Shown here piece by piece: positions 47,899-58,758 of a stretch of 62,660 nucleotides of DNA (positions within the stretch are counted from its first letter, which is position 1; each line of letters begins with the position of its first letter). Under the pieces are notes generated by a model. The model saw nothing but the letters and a program-made list of their open reading frames with translations. It was not told where the DNA came from and did no database searches. The stretch is taken from contig DAIQMS010000004.1 of the NCBI GenBank assembly GCA_036788815.1, positions 1-62,660 of the forward strand. The letters are read 5' to 3'. The translations under genes were made by a program, and so were the position numbers. The stretch comes from Bacillota bacterium. Lineage in GTDB: Bacteria; Bacillota_I; Bacilli_A; RFN20; CAG-826.

Positions 47899-49278
47899 AT
47901 GAGTTTTTCAGGATTCAACCTTTCCGACAAATTAGTCAGCGCCCTCCGCAAAATGGGCTACGTGGAGCCCTCTCCCGTCCAAAGCGCGGTGATTCCGAAG
48001 GCGCTCCGCGGTGTCTCCCTTCTCGCTCAAAGCGAGACCGGAAGCGGCAAAACGCACGCTTATCTCGTTCCGTTGATTCAAAAAACGGACATGGAGCTCA
48101 ATCGGCCACAGTCGATCATCATCGCTCCGACGAGGGAGCTTTGCCGGCAAATCTATGATTTCGCCCGAGCTTTCGTGCCCTATTTCCCGCATTTCCGGGT
48201 TCGGCTTTATACTCCGGAGACGGAGGTTGCCCAGAACGAAGAGGGGCAGAGCATTCCGCCTCAGATGATCATTGGCACCCCAGGCCGCCTAAAGGATCTT
48301 CTCGTCGATAAATCCCTCTTTGGTCTACAAAACGTCCGAAGCGTTGTCCTCGATGAGGCCGATATGCTCCTCGATTTGGGCTATTTCGATGATATCGAGG
48401 CCCTTTTTGCCTTACTCAAGAATCCGCAGACCATGGTCTTTTCGGCCACCCTCAAGCAGAATCTCCGCGATGAGCTCAGCAAGTTTGTCCGCAGCGATTT
48501 CGAATTCGAGAGCGACCACATTCAGACCGCCTCGAAGGTCCGGCATCACCTCGTGGACGTCAAGCACGTCGGCACGATCAGCGCCTTGGTCTCTTTCTTA
48601 AAGATTCGCCATCCTTATCTTTGCTTGGTTTTCGCTTCGAAGAAAGAAACCGTCAAAGAGGTCTACGATGGGCTCAAGAGCAATAACTTCGATGCCCTCT
48701 ATTTCTCAGGAAATCTCGATGATCGCTCACGTCGCAAGGCTTTGCGCGATATCAAATCAAACCGTTATTCCTTGATTGTCTGCAGCGATCTTCTCGCCCG
48801 GGGCATGGATATTCCGGACGTGAGCGATGTCGTCTCGGTCGATCTGCCGCTCGATCTGGAGTTCTATTATCATCGGGCTGGCCGGACCGGACGGTTTGGG
48901 AAAGATGGCGATTCGTGGGTATTTTATAACGCCGACACCACCGAGCGGCCGGAGATTTTGCTCCAAAGCGGCGTCAAATTCGATTTCTACGTTCTGAAAG
49001 GCGATAAGCTGGAACTCGATCCGGTGGGCTTAGCCCCGAAACGGAAGCTCTCGCAAAAGAAGGAGCTGCCGGAACAGGAACGGAAGGAAATCAAGATTGC
49101 CAAGGCACTATCGCGGGAAAAGACTGTGAAGCCGATGTATAAGAAGAAGACACAGTTCGCGATCGACAAGGTCAAAAAGAAGTATCGGCGGAAGGCGATT
49201 CAGAAATCGGTCCGCCTCGAGCTCGAGAAGCAATGGAAAGCCGAAGCCAAAAAGAAGAACCATCGGGACGACGAGTGA
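47899..49278 (+). CDS. cshB: DEAD-box RNA helicase (CshB-like)
   Basis: Q motif PSPVQ, SETGSGKT, PTREL, DEAD, SAT, ARGMDI, HRAGRTGR; position between ispH and nfo. Confidence 0.85.
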   Translation: MSFSGFNLSDKLVSALRKMGYVEPSPVQSAVIPKALRGVSLLAQSETGSGKTHAYLVPLIQKTDMELNRPQSIIIAPTRELCRQIYDFARAFVPYFPHFRVRLYTPETEVAQNEEGQSIPPQMIIGTPGRLKDLLVDKSLFGLQNVRSVVLDEADMLLDLGYFDDIEALFALLKNPQTMVFSATLKQNLRDELSKFVRSDFEFESDHIQTASKVRHHLVDVKHVGTISALVSFLKIRHPYLCLVFASKKETVKEVYDGLKSNNFDALYFSGNLDDRSRRKALRDIKSNRYSLIVCSDLLARGMDIPDVSDVVSVDLPLDLEFYYHRAGRTGRFGKDGDSWVFYNADTTERPEILLQSGVKFDFYVLKGDKLELDPVGLAPKRKLSQKKELPEQERKEIKIAKALSREKTVKPMYKKKTQFAIDKVKKKYRRKAIQKSVRLELEKQWKAEAKKKNHRDDE

Positions 49279-50162
49279 TGGCTGAAGAAATCTATCTCGG
49301 TTCTCATCTTTCTTTGAAGGGGCCGGATTTTTACCTTGGAACCTGCGAGACCGCTTTTCGTTATGGCGAAAACGCCTTCATGTTCTACACCGGGGCGCCC
49401 CAATCCTCCAAACGCGCGCCACTTGAGAGTCTTAAAATCCCCGAAGGACGGGCTTTTTTGAAGGCTCATGGCTACGATGAGACCAAGCTTGTCGTCCACG
49501 CGCCTTATATCCTTAATCTCGGCAATAACCTCAATCCGGAAGCTTACCAAGCCGGCATTCAGCTCCTCCATTCCGAACTCGAAAGAACCGCGGGATTCGG
49601 CGTCTCGCTTCTCGTCTTTCATCCGGGGAACGCTCTGAGTCTGCCGCGAGAAGAAAGCCTCAAAGCGGTGGCGGAAGGCATCGATTTGGCGATGGAGAAC
49701 GACGCTTCGGGCGTGACGCTTTGCCTCGAGACTATGGCGGGCAAAGGAAGCGAAGTCGGCATTAGCTTCGAAGAGCTGGCCCAAATCATTTCGTATTCGA
49801 AAAACAAAGATCGGCTGGGCATTTGCCTAGATACCTGCCATATCAACGATGCCGGAATGGATGAGAAAAACATCCCAGCTATCTTGGATCATTTCGACCA
49901 GGTGATCGGGCTTTCCAGGCTCAAGGTCATCCATCTGAACGACAGCAAGAATCCGCTGGGATCCCATAAAGACCGCCACGAGAATATCGGCTATGGGACT
50001 TTGGGGTTCGATATCCTTTCTTCTTGGGTTCACGAAAAAAGGATCTTGGGCATTCCCAAAATCCTTGAGACTCCGACGGATGGCATCCACGATCCTTATG
50101 CGAAGGAAATCGCGATGCTGAGAGCGAATCGATTCGAAAAGGGCTGGCGCGAAGCCTTATAA
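49278..50162 (+). CDS. nfo: Endonuclease IV
   Basis: LGSHLS, VHAPY, FHPG, LETMAGKGSE, CLDTCH, HLNDSK, DRHENIG, LETP. Confidence 0.95.
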   Translation: MAEEIYLGSHLSLKGPDFYLGTCETAFRYGENAFMFYTGAPQSSKRAPLESLKIPEGRAFLKAHGYDETKLVVHAPYILNLGNNLNPEAYQAGIQLLHSELERTAGFGVSLLVFHPGNALSLPREESLKAVAEGIDLAMENDASGVTLCLETMAGKGSEVGISFEELAQIISYSKNKDRLGICLDTCHINDAGMDEKNIPAILDHFDQVIGLSRLKVIHLNDSKNPLGSHKDRHENIGYGTLGFDILSSWVHEKRILGIPKILETPTDGIHDPYAKEIAMLRANRFEKGWREAL

Positions 50163-51209
50163 CTTGTTGATCTCTTCGACCAAAGCATCATAAATCTGGC
50201 TATCATCGACGGTTTTCAGGACTTCGCCTTTTTTGAAGATGGCCCAGACCCCGTTGCCTCCGGCCGCTCCGAGATCGGCGTGGCGCGCTTCGCCAGGCCC
50301 GTTCACGATGCAACCCATGACGGCGACGGTCTTATTGATATGATGTTCTTCGAGATAGGCCAAAATCCGTTTGGCCAATGGGATCAGGTTCACTTCGGTT
50401 CGGCCACAGGTCGGGCACGAGATGAACGTCGGATAATCCTCTTTTAAGCCGAGATCATGAAGGAGGCGATTGGCCGCTTTGATCTCTTCTTCGGGCTCAT
50501 CGCTCAAGGAAATGCGGATCGTATTGCCAATCCCATCGAGCAAAAGCGGGGCAAGTCCCGCCGAAGAACGAATCAGGCCGATGTCTTTCGGGCCGGCTTC
50601 GGTGATGCCGAGATGGAGCGGATAGGGGAAGCGCTCGCTGGCCGCCCGATAAGCGGCAATCGTGCTCCGGACATCGCTGCCCTTTAAGGAAAGAACAATA
50701 TCATAAAAGCCCATATCTTCGAGGATTTTGACATGCTTAGCCGCACTTTCGACGAGCAGATTCCCGTGGATGATGTCTTTCCCGTAATAGATCGTTTTGT
50801 CCAAGCTGCCGGAATTCACGCCGATCCGAATCGGAGCGTGGTGGGCTTTGCAGGAATCGACGACCGCTTGAATCGCGCTCACGCTGCCGATGTTGCCGGG
50901 ATTGATCCGGACCGCATCGACGCCGGAATCGAGGGCCGCCAAAGCGAGCCGATAATCGATGTGGATATCCGCGACGAGCGGCACTTTGGTTAGGGTCTTA
51001 ATCGTCTTGATGGCTTCCGCATCTTTGAAATCAAGGACGGAAACCCGCATGAGATCGGCTCCTAAGGCCGCGCAGCGGTTGATTTGATCCGCCACCTCCT
51101 TGGCTTTCTCCGTCTTGATGTTGCACATGCTCTGAACGAGAACTCGATCCTCGCCTCCGAGAGTCAGGGAGCCGATGGCGACACTATGTGTCGAATTGCG
51201 TTTGGTCAT
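50157..51209 (-). CDS. ispG: HMBPP synthase IspG
   Basis: VQSM, VADIH, RINPGN, RIGVNSGSL, HLGITEAG, CPTCGR, MGCIVNGPGEA. Confidence 0.96.
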   Translation of the reverse strand: MTKRNSTHSVAIGSLTLGGEDRVLVQSMCNIKTEKAKEVADQINRCAALGADLMRVSVLDFKDAEAIKTIKTLTKVPLVADIHIDYRLALAALDSGVDAVRINPGNIGSVSAIQAVVDSCKAHHAPIRIGVNSGSLDKTIYYGKDIIHGNLLVESAAKHVKILEDMGFYDIVLSLKGSDVRSTIAAYRAASERFPYPLHLGITEAGPKDIGLIRSSAGLAPLLLDGIGNTIRISLSDEPEEEIKAANRLLHDLGLKEDYPTFISCPTCGRTEVNLIPLAKRILAYLEEHHINKTVAVMGCIVNGPGEARHADLGAAGGNGVWAIFKKGEVLKTVDDSQIYDALVEEINKL

Positions 51210-51306
51210 TTGGCCTCATTTTACGCTTAAATGAAGATTTCTTGTAGATAATTTCCGGAGGCTATGTTAGGATTAGCACCGCGAAAAGAAAGAAGTGTGA
51301 AAATCT

Positions 51307-51468
51307 ATGGCAAAAAGCAAACGCGATGATGTAACGCTTGAATGCACGGTCTGCGGAGAGCAGAACTACATCACAACCCGCAATAAGCGCTCCCATCCGA
51401 ACAAGATGGAGAAGATGAAATATTGCCCCCGTTGCAAGAAAGAAACGCTCCATAAAGAGGCGAAATAA
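51307..51468 (+). CDS. rpmG: 50S ribosomal protein L33, Zn-binding form (not in the ORF track)
   Basis: Read by hand: [53 protein letters not shown]. Confidence 0.95.
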   Translation: MAKSKRDDVTLECTVCGEQNYITTRNKRSHPNKMEKMKYCPRCKKETLHKEAK

Positions 51469-51492
51469 ATAAGGCTTCGGCCTTATTTTTTT
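51467..51492 (+). terminator. Intrinsic terminator after rpmG
   Basis: AAATAAGGC-TTCG-GCCTTATTT-TTTT. Confidence 0.85.
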
Positions 51493-51502
51493 GCTCAAAA
51501 AC

Positions 51503-52138
51503 ATGAAAATCGTCAAACTCTATCACGGCGGAGTCGAATGCAACACTTATGTCGTGGGCGAAGAGGGGAAACCCTGCGTCGTCATCGACCCTGGCTATAA
51601 CGAGAATGGCTCGCTCGACAATTACATCGAAAAGCACCATGGCTATTGCCTTGGGTATTTGATCACCCATGGCCATAGCGACCATATCACTGGACTCAAA
51701 AGCCTGACTCACAAGGCGACCGTCTTCATGATGGAAGACGATGTTCCGTGCCTGACCGATCCGGATCTCAACGTCTCGCGCGGCTTATTCGGCCAAGAAG
51801 GCCTCGTCCTAGACAATATCGAGCCTTATGAGTTAGACGATGAAGACGAAATTCGGCTTGGCGACGAGGTTTTTAAGGTAATCGCCACCCCGTTCCACAC
51901 CAAAGGAAGCTGTTGCTTTTACGTCGAGAAAGAAGCGGTGCTTTTCTCAGGGGATACCCTGTTCCATCTCGGGATCGGCCGTTCGGATCTTCCCGGCGCC
52001 GCTCCGAAAGAGATCTCCTCTAGCCTCCGCAAGCTGGCAGCGCTCCCGATTTCGACCAAAGTCTATCCGGGACACGGAGAAATGACGAGCATCAAGACAG
52101 AATTGGCCTTCAATCAAGATTTGCGGGAAATGATTTAG
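51503..52138 (+). CDS. MBL-fold hydrolase (YqgX/glyoxalase II-like)
   Basis: IDPG, THGHSDHI, PFHTKGS, FSGDTLF, GRSDL, PGHG. Confidence 0.9.
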   Translation: MKIVKLYHGGVECNTYVVGEEGKPCVVIDPGYNENGSLDNYIEKHHGYCLGYLITHGHSDHITGLKSLTHKATVFMMEDDVPCLTDPDLNVSRGLFGQEGLVLDNIEPYELDDEDEIRLGDEVFKVIATPFHTKGSCCFYVEKEAVLFSGDTLFHLGIGRSDLPGAAPKEISSSLRKLAALPISTKVYPGHGEMTSIKTELAFNQDLREMI

Positions 52139-52198
52139 GTAGATAAACCGCCGTGATTGGTATAGAATACCAACCGCGTAGTAAAGGAGAAATTGTAC

Positions 52199-52756
52199 AT
52201 GAACGTTACAGAATTACGCCCTGGCAACTATTTTGAAGATGAAGATTGCCTTTATCAGGTCATCGATATTCTTCTCAATAAGACCGCGATGAGAAAGATG
52301 GTCGCCAAAGTCAAGGTGCGGAACATCCGCACGGGCGCCGTCATTGAGCTTGCCCGTAACTCGGGCTACGATGTCGAACCGGTTTCGATCAACAAGAAGA
52401 ACATGCAGTACCTTTATGATTCGGGCACGACCTTAGTCTTCATGGATCCGAAAACCTTCGAGCAAATCGAACTTCCGAAGCAGAATCTCGAGGCTCAGGC
52501 CCCGTATCTCGCTCCGAATGGCGAAGTCATCGTGATCAGCTATGACGACGAAATCCTTGGCATCGAGCTTCCGGCGAAGGTCGCTTTGACCGTCACCGAG
52601 TGCGAGCCGGGTGTCCGCGGCGACACCGTCACCAATGGTGGCGCGAAGGATGCCGTTCTCGAAACGGGCCTCAAGATCAAGATTCCGCTCTTCATCAATG
52701 CCGGTGAAAAGGTCATTGTTGACACGACCACTGGCAAATACGATAAGAGAGGTTAA
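52199..52756 (+). CDS. efp: Elongation factor P
   Basis: FMDPKTFEQI, PGVRGDT, LETGLKIKIPLFI; SD AAGGAG. Confidence 0.96.
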   Translation: MNVTELRPGNYFEDEDCLYQVIDILLNKTAMRKMVAKVKVRNIRTGAVIELARNSGYDVEPVSINKKNMQYLYDSGTTLVFMDPKTFEQIELPKQNLEAQAPYLAPNGEVIVISYDDEILGIELPAKVALTVTECEPGVRGDTVTNGGAKDAVLETGLKIKIPLFINAGEKVIVDTTTGKYDKRG

Positions 52757-52761
52757 TCGAA

Positions 52762-52986
52762 ATGCCATACTTAGAGGTTTGGCAGTTCGTCCTGTATCTC
52801 ATCCTTGTTTTGATTCTCGGTTTAGTCGGCGGCTTCTTCGGCGCCCGCGCTCTCATCAAACGTGAGATGGCCAAGAACCCTCCGGTCAATGAGCAGATGA
52901 TCCGCGCGATGTTCCTCCAGATGGGTCGCAAGCCCTCTGAAGCTCAGATCCGAGCCGTCATGAATAGCATGAAGAAGAACCAATAG
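52762..52986 (+). CDS. yneF: YneF (UPF0154) family protein
   Basis: GGFFGAR...KNPPVNEQMIRAMFLQMGRKPSEAQI. Confidence 0.92.
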   Translation: MPYLEVWQFVLYLILVLILGLVGGFFGARALIKREMAKNPPVNEQMIRAMFLQMGRKPSEAQIRAVMNSMKKNQ

Positions 52987-53007
52987 GTTCCTTCCGAAAG
53001 CGCTAGT

Positions 53008-53034
53008 GGCCCTCCCTAAACGGAGGGCCTTTTT
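53008..53034 (+). terminator. Intrinsic terminator after efp-yneF
   Basis: GGCCCTCC-CTAAAC-GGAGGGCC-TTTTT. Confidence 0.85.
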
Positions 53035-53150
53035 CATGACCCATAAAGAGGCAGTGGTAGGTTTAAAATTTGAAAGAGCATTTTTCGGTCTCCTAAAAGA
53101 CTTATCCAATACGTCGTCAATCAAAAACAAGCCAATCATCGAAATAATTT

Positions 53151-53178
53151 AAACAAAAAACTCCATTTCTGGAGTTTT
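53151..53178 (-). terminator. Intrinsic terminator after plsY
   Basis: On the minus strand: AAAACTCC-AGAAAT-GGAGTTTT followed by TTGTTT. Confidence 0.75.
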
Positions 53179-53213
53179 CCACAGGCTGTTTTTATTTTAT
53201 TAAAAACTACTAA

Positions 53214-53942
53214 TTATTTACTAGGCCACACCAGCGGGGCTTCTTCGCCTTTCGAGAGGCGCTTGATGTTCGCCGCATGGCGGATGACGAGCATGATGTA
53301 GATCAAGGTGACAACGCTTGCCGGCTCCCAGCCGTAATTGAGCCCGCCGCCAAAGCCAAAGTTCCATTGGCAAAGCGGTCCGTTCATTCCGGCGAAGGCG
53401 ACCAGGATGTACATCAGCCATTCGAAGACGCAAAGGATGCCGCCGGAGACGAGCGAGGCAATGGAGACGATTTTCTTGCCGAGGAAGATCGGCATGAAGG
53501 CGAGCCAGCAAAGAATGAAACCAATCCAACTCGTCCCGCCGACGAGGCCCATATAGCAGGCGACGGCTTTGCCGCCTTTGAATTTGAGATAAGGCGAATA
53601 GCAATGCCCAATCGCCGCGCCTAAAGGCGCCAACCAGTTATAGAGAACGCCATCATCGAAGACGTCGACGACTTCCCGAAGCCCGCTGAAGCGAAGGATT
53701 GCCCAGATGATCCAGAAGGCCAGCATGCATTTAACCATATCAAGGGCGATCACGAGGATGCCGACCCATTTTCCGAAGACCCTTCCGACGTTGGTGCCGC
53801 CGGAATTGTGGGAACCATAGTCCCGTGGGTCCTTATGAAAAAATAATTTTCCGATGACGACCCCGTTGGGGATCCCCCCGAGAAAATAGCCAAAAAGGAA
53901 ACAAACGAGGCCGATTGCGATATTTTCTCCGATGTTCCCCAT
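53214..53942 (-). CDS. plsY: Glycerol-3-phosphate acyltransferase PlsY
   Basis: DPRDYGSHNSGGTN, GHCYSPYLKFKGGKAVA, RHAANIKRL; divergent from parE. Confidence 0.94.
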   Translation of the reverse strand: MGNIGENIAIGLVCFLFGYFLGGIPNGVVIGKLFFHKDPRDYGSHNSGGTNVGRVFGKWVGILVIALDMVKCMLAFWIIWAILRFSGLREVVDVFDDGVLYNWLAPLGAAIGHCYSPYLKFKGGKAVACYMGLVGGTSWIGFILCWLAFMPIFLGKKIVSIASLVSGGILCVFEWLMYILVAFAGMNGPLCQWNFGFGGGLNYGWEPASVVTLIYIMLVIRHAANIKRLSKGEEAPLVWPSK

Positions 53943-54048
53943 GCTACGTTCCTTCGATTTCGCCTTCTATTATGCAATAATAGGGGTTCGATTTTCAATT
54001 GCCCTTTGCTATAATGATACCCAGCATAAGGAATAACGACCCCACATC

Positions 54049-56001
54049 ATGGTAGACTTTGAAAAAGCTGAAGAAGATTATACCGCCAAAGATATTGAGC
54101 TCCTCTCGGAACTTGAGGGCGTTCGGAAACGTCCTGGCATGTACATCGGAAGCACCAATCTCACGGGCCTCCATCATTTGGTATGGGAAATCGTTGATAA
54201 CGCCGTCGATGAGGCCGTTAACGGCTATGGCGATCGCATCACGGTAACCATCGAAAAAGACGGATCGATTCAGGTCGAAGACGAAGGACGCGGCATTCCG
54301 GTCGATATCCATCCCCAGACGCATATGCCGGCGATCCAACTTATTTATACGACCCTTCATTCCGGCGGCAAGTTCAATAGCAAGGTTTATCAGACGAGCG
54401 CTGGCCTTCACGGCGTTGGCGCGACCGTCACCAATGCCCTTTCGGAGTGGCTAGAAGTCACTGTTTACCGCGAGGGCAAGATTTACAGCATCCGCTTCCA
54501 TAATGGCGGTGCTTTGGAGCAGCCGCTCAAAGTTTTGGGCGATACTAAAAAGCACGGCACGACCGTTCGCTTCAAACCCGATCCGAAGATTTTCCCGAAC
54601 ACTAAGTTCTCCTGGGACACGATTTATAACCGGCTCGAGGAGAAGAGCTATCTTCTCACCGGCGTTCATTTCATTTTGAAAGACGCTGCGACGGGGAACT
54701 CCCACGAATTCTTCGCCGAACACGGCCTCCGCGAATACGTCGCCTCGATGACCCAGAACAAGACCCCGCTCGGCGAAATCATCGATTTCTCCGACACGGT
54801 CGACAATATTCAGGTCGAAATCGCTATGGAATGGTGCAATAGCGACTACAACGAGAACATCTATTCTTACGCGAACGATGTCCGGACCGCCGATGGCGGA
54901 ACCCACGAAGTCGGTTTCAAAGGCGCGCTCACGAAGACCCTGAACGATTGGGCTTTGGCCAATAACCTCATCAAGCCGAATCAATCGATCGATGGCAGCG
55001 ATATCCGCGAGGGTCTCACCGCGATTATTTCGGTGAAGATCCCGGAAGACAAACTTGAATACGAAGGCCAGACCAAAGGCAAACTCGGCACCCCCGAAGC
55101 CGGGCCGGTCGTCGGAGGCGTCATCTCCAATCGTTTTACCTATTATCTTAATGAGCATCAGGCGTTCGCGATCGATTTGATCCATAAATGCGACGCTTCG
55201 AAAGAAGCCCGCGATGCCGCGAGGAAGGCCAAAGAAGCCGCCCGTGGCAATGCCAAAGCCAAGAAGAATGACCTCATGATCAGCGACAAGCTCGCCGCGG
55301 CTCAGTCAAAAGACTACCCGGAGAACGAACTCTTCATCGTCGAGGGCGATTCGGCCGGCGGCAGCGCCAAGACAGGCCGCGATCGGCTTCATCAGGCGAT
55401 TCTTCCTTTGCGCGGCAAACCGCTCAACACGGATACCGTCTCGATGGAACGGATGATCGAGAACCTCGAAATGTCGACCTTGATCCAAACGATCGGGGCG
55501 GGCGTAGGCCAGGATTTCGACGTTGAGGAAGCCCATTATGGCAAGATCATCATCATGACCGATGCTGATACCGATGGCTCCCACATCCAGACCTTGCTTT
55601 TGACGTTCTTCTATAACTATATGAAACCCCTGATCGAAAAAGGGATGGTCTATATCGCCCAGCCGCCGCTTTACCGCGTCTACAAAAAGAGCGATCCTTC
55701 CAAGCATATCTACGTTTGGGATGATACCAAACTCGAAGAAGCCAAAACGAAGATCGGGGCCGGATATGGCATCAACCGCTATAAGGGACTTGGCGAAATG
55801 AACGCCGATCAGCTCGCGGCGACCACGATGAACAAAAAGACCCGGATTCTCTTACAGGTTCATATCGACGATCCGCTCGTGGTGGAGAAGCGCATCAGCG
55901 TCTTGATGGGCAAGGACTCCTCCCAGCGGTGGAACTGGATTCAGGAGAATGTCGACTTCGACCTCGTCGATAGCTTCGAAAAAGAAGTCAAAGGCAACTA
56001 A
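54049..56001 (+). CDS. parE: DNA topoisomerase IV subunit B
   Basis: VRKRPGMY, EIVDNA, GLHGVG, VEGDSAGGSAK, PLRGK, MTDADTDG, RYKGLGEM; plsY-parE-parC arrangement. Confidence 0.9.
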   Translation: MVDFEKAEEDYTAKDIELLSELEGVRKRPGMYIGSTNLTGLHHLVWEIVDNAVDEAVNGYGDRITVTIEKDGSIQVEDEGRGIPVDIHPQTHMPAIQLIYTTLHSGGKFNSKVYQTSAGLHGVGATVTNALSEWLEVTVYREGKIYSIRFHNGGALEQPLKVLGDTKKHGTTVRFKPDPKIFPNTKFSWDTIYNRLEEKSYLLTGVHFILKDAATGNSHEFFAEHGLREYVASMTQNKTPLGEIIDFSDTVDNIQVEIAMEWCNSDYNENIYSYANDVRTADGGTHEVGFKGALTKTLNDWALANNLIKPNQSIDGSDIREGLTAIISVKIPEDKLEYEGQTKGKLGTPEAGPVVGGVISNRFTYYLNEHQAFAIDLIHKCDASKEARDAARKAKEAARGNAKAKKNDLMISDKLAAAQSKDYPENELFIVEGDSAGGSAKTGRDRLHQAILPLRGKPLNTDTVSMERMIENLEMSTLIQTIGAGVGQDFDVEEAHYGKIIIMTDADTDGSHIQTLLLTFFYNYMKPLIEKGMVYIAQPPLYRVYKKSDPSKHIYVWDDTKLEEAKTKIGAGYGINRYKGLGEMNADQLAATTMNKKTRILLQVHIDDPLVVEKRISVLMGKDSSQRWNWIQENVDFDLVDSFEKEVKGN

Positions 56002-56003
56002 CG

Positions 56004-58724
56004 ATGGCGAAAAAAGAAAAAGAAATCATCAAAGAAACAATCGAGACGGATTCGCTCGACCAGATCATGGGCGACAAATACGCCTCCTATGCCCGCGACG
56101 TCATTCAGGATCGGGCGATCCCCGATGCGAGAGACGGCCTCAAGCCGGTTCAGCGCCGCATTCTTTTCGACATGTACAATACCGGCAACACGATCGATAA
56201 GCCGACCAAGAAGTGCGCCCACATCGTCGGCGACGTCATGGGCAAATACCATCCGCACGGCGATAGCTCGATTTATCTCGCCCTCGTCCATATGTCCCAA
56301 GGCTGGGCGTATCGTTATCCGCTCATTGATTTCCAAGGCAACAACGGCTCGATCGATGGCGATGGGCCGGCCGCCTACCGTTACACCGAAGCCCGGCTAA
56401 GCGCCCTTTCGAATGAGCTTCTTTCCGATATCGACGAAGATACCGTGAAGATGGACCTCACCTTCGATGACACCCTTTTCGAACCGGATGTCCTGCCCGC
56501 CCGTTTCCCGAACCTTTTGGTCAACGGCTCCGAAGGCATCGCCGTCGGCATCGCGACCTCGATTCCGCCCCATAACCTCAAAGAGATCACTCAGGCGATC
56601 ATCTACCGAATTAAGCATCCGAACTGCGAGGTCGAAGATCTTTTGAAGTACATCCCCGGCCCGGATTTCCCGACCGGCGGCATCATCTACGCTTCGGATT
56701 CCTTGAAGGATATCTATCGGACAGGGCATGGCAAAGTCTGCATCTCGAGCCGCTGCACGATCACGACGTCCGAAGATGGGGTTCCCCAGATCATCGTTTC
56801 CGAGATCCCGTATCAGGTCAATAAGTCCGAGCTCGTCAAGGCGATCGACAAGATCCGCCACGACAAGACGATCCCGGGCATCGATGAAGTCCGCGATGAG
56901 ACCGACAAAGAAGGCCTCCGAATCGCGATCGATCTCAAAGACGACGCCAAACCGGAAGCCATCTTGGCTTATTTGATGCAGAAGACGCCGCTTCAGACCA
57001 ATTACACCGCGAATATGATGGCGATCGTCGACGGGCATCCCCGCTCGATGGATCTCATCACCTATTGCGATTGCTACATCCAGCATCAGCTCGATGTCAT
57101 CACCCGCCGGAGCCAATTCCGTTTCAAGAAGGACACGGCCCGTCTTTTGATCGTCAATGGCCTCATCAAAGCGGCCTCGATCATCAACGAGGTGATCGCC
57201 GTGATCCGTTCCTCGGCCGATAAAGCTGACTCGAAGGTCAACCTCGAAAAGAAATATGGCTTCACCGAAGAGCAAGCCGAAGCGATCGTGATGATGCCGC
57301 TCTATAAACTGTCGCACACCGATATCACGGTCCTCGAAAACGAGAAGGCATCGCTCGAAAGCGATTTGGCTCTCCTTAAAGGATTGCTCCAAGAACAAAG
57401 TAAGCGCGAAGACCTCATCATCGGCGATCTTCAAACGATCGCGAAAGAATACGGAGGCAAACGCCTCACCGAAGTCCGCAACGCGGAAGAGCTCCAAAGC
57501 GTGACTCAGGTCGATAAACGCGACCTGATCGCCCAAGAAGATGTTTATGTGGTGGCCACCCGCGATGGCTATTTGAAGCGCAGCTCGATCAAATCCTGGA
57601 AGGGATCGGGCGGACAGAACGGCGCTCGGCCCGGCGTGAAGGCAGGGGATGGCTTCGTTTACATCGGCCAATGCCAAACCACCGATTACATGCTTATTTT
57701 CACCTCGAAAGGCAATTACCTTTACATCCCGGTGAACGAGATCAAGGAGACCAAGTGGAACGATGAAGGCTTCCACGTGAGCCAGCTTGTCTCAATCGCC
57801 CCGGACGAGAAATTGGTCCGCGCTTTCGCGGTCAGTCATTTCCGCGATGATCTTTATATCGTCGTCTTATCGAAGAAAGGCCTCGTCAAACGGATCGCCC
57901 TTTCGAGCTTCCCGGTCGTCCGGCGGAGCAAAGGCTATCCGGCGATCAAGCTTATCAATGACGATGAGCTCGTCGGCGCTACCCTCACCAGCGGCAATTC
58001 CGCGCTCTTCATCGTCTCAAATGACGGGAAGGCAGTTTTCTATAACGAGAACGAAGTCCTGATCACGAACCCGAGAACCGGCGGCATGAAAGCCGGCGCC
58101 TTCAAAGGGCAGGATCTCGTCGATGTCCTTTCCTTCCGTCCGGATGAAGGCGGCAAAGTCGCCCTCATCACCGACCGGGGCTGCACGAGGACTTTCGAAA
58201 TGTCGCATATCGAGATGAGCGGAAGGCTTTCGAAGGCCACCCTCATCGTTCCTTCCTTCCAGAAGGAGCCGCACAAAGTCGTCTACGTCGGAAAGATCCT
58301 GGCCAAGCCCTCGCCCTTTACCTATGACGCGGTCTTGGAAGATGCGACCCGAATCGACGTGACGTTCCCGGATTTCTATTTGACGCCGATTGAAAAGTAC
58401 GCGAAGCGGCCGGATGGCTTCCCCGTCAAAGCCCGCATCGTTTTCGTCTCTTACGAAGAGAGCGAGCGGATCGATGATTCGACGGTGAGTTTGCCTCTCC
58501 CGGCGAAGGAGGTTCCCCCATCACCTTTATTGGAAGAACCGCAAGAAAAGAAAGACGGCTACGAGCAAATCTCGCTTTTCGACGAAGACACGGAAGAAGA
58601 TAAAACGCCGAGCCTCGTCCAAAAAGAAACGGCGGATCAAACATCCGCTCCGAAAGAAGCTAGCGGATCGGAAAGCGCTACGGAAACGCCCGAAGAGCCG
58701 AAAGCGTCGGAGGAAAAGAAGTGA
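56004..58724 (+). CDS. parC: DNA topoisomerase IV subunit A with acidic C-terminal tail
   Basis: [27 protein letters not shown]; no GyrA-box (QRRGGKG) seen. Confidence 0.9.
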   Translation: MAKKEKEIIKETIETDSLDQIMGDKYASYARDVIQDRAIPDARDGLKPVQRRILFDMYNTGNTIDKPTKKCAHIVGDVMGKYHPHGDSSIYLALVHMSQGWAYRYPLIDFQGNNGSIDGDGPAAYRYTEARLSALSNELLSDIDEDTVKMDLTFDDTLFEPDVLPARFPNLLVNGSEGIAVGIATSIPPHNLKEITQAIIYRIKHPNCEVEDLLKYIPGPDFPTGGIIYASDSLKDIYRTGHGKVCISSRCTITTSEDGVPQIIVSEIPYQVNKSELVKAIDKIRHDKTIPGIDEVRDETDKEGLRIAIDLKDDAKPEAILAYLMQKTPLQTNYTANMMAIVDGHPRSMDLITYCDCYIQHQLDVITRRSQFRFKKDTARLLIVNGLIKAASIINEVIAVIRSSADKADSKVNLEKKYGFTEEQAEAIVMMPLYKLSHTDITVLENEKASLESDLALLKGLLQEQSKREDLIIGDLQTIAKEYGGKRLTEVRNAEELQSVTQVDKRDLIAQEDVYVVATRDGYLKRSSIKSWKGSGGQNGARPGVKAGDGFVYIGQCQTTDYMLIFTSKGNYLYIPVNEIKETKWNDEGFHVSQLVSIAPDEKLVRAFAVSHFRDDLYIVVLSKKGLVKRIALSSFPVVRRSKGYPAIKLINDDELVGATLTSGNSALFIVSNDGKAVFYNENEVLITNPRTGGMKAGAFKGQDLVDVLSFRPDEGGKVALITDRGCTRTFEMSHIEMSGRLSKATLIVPSFQKEPHKVVYVGKILAKPSPFTYDAVLEDATRIDVTFPDFYLTPIEKYAKRPDGFPVKARIVFVSYEESERIDDSTVSLPLPAKEVPPSPLLEEPQEKKDGYEQISLFDEDTEEDKTPSLVQKETADQTSAPKEASGSESATETPEEPKASEEKK

Positions 58725-58758
58725 GGGCAGGGGTTGAGAAAGCGCCCTTTCATCGGTT

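Noticed and set aside
53175-53183. DnaA box as evidence of an origin
   Set aside because: It is a single box overlapping a terminator stem, with no dnaA/dnaN nearby; strand bias and the dif-like site point to the terminus instead.
54049-58724. Alternative call as gyrB-gyrA
   Set aside because: No GyrA-box is seen, and the divergent plsY neighbour is the typical Firmicute parE-parC context.
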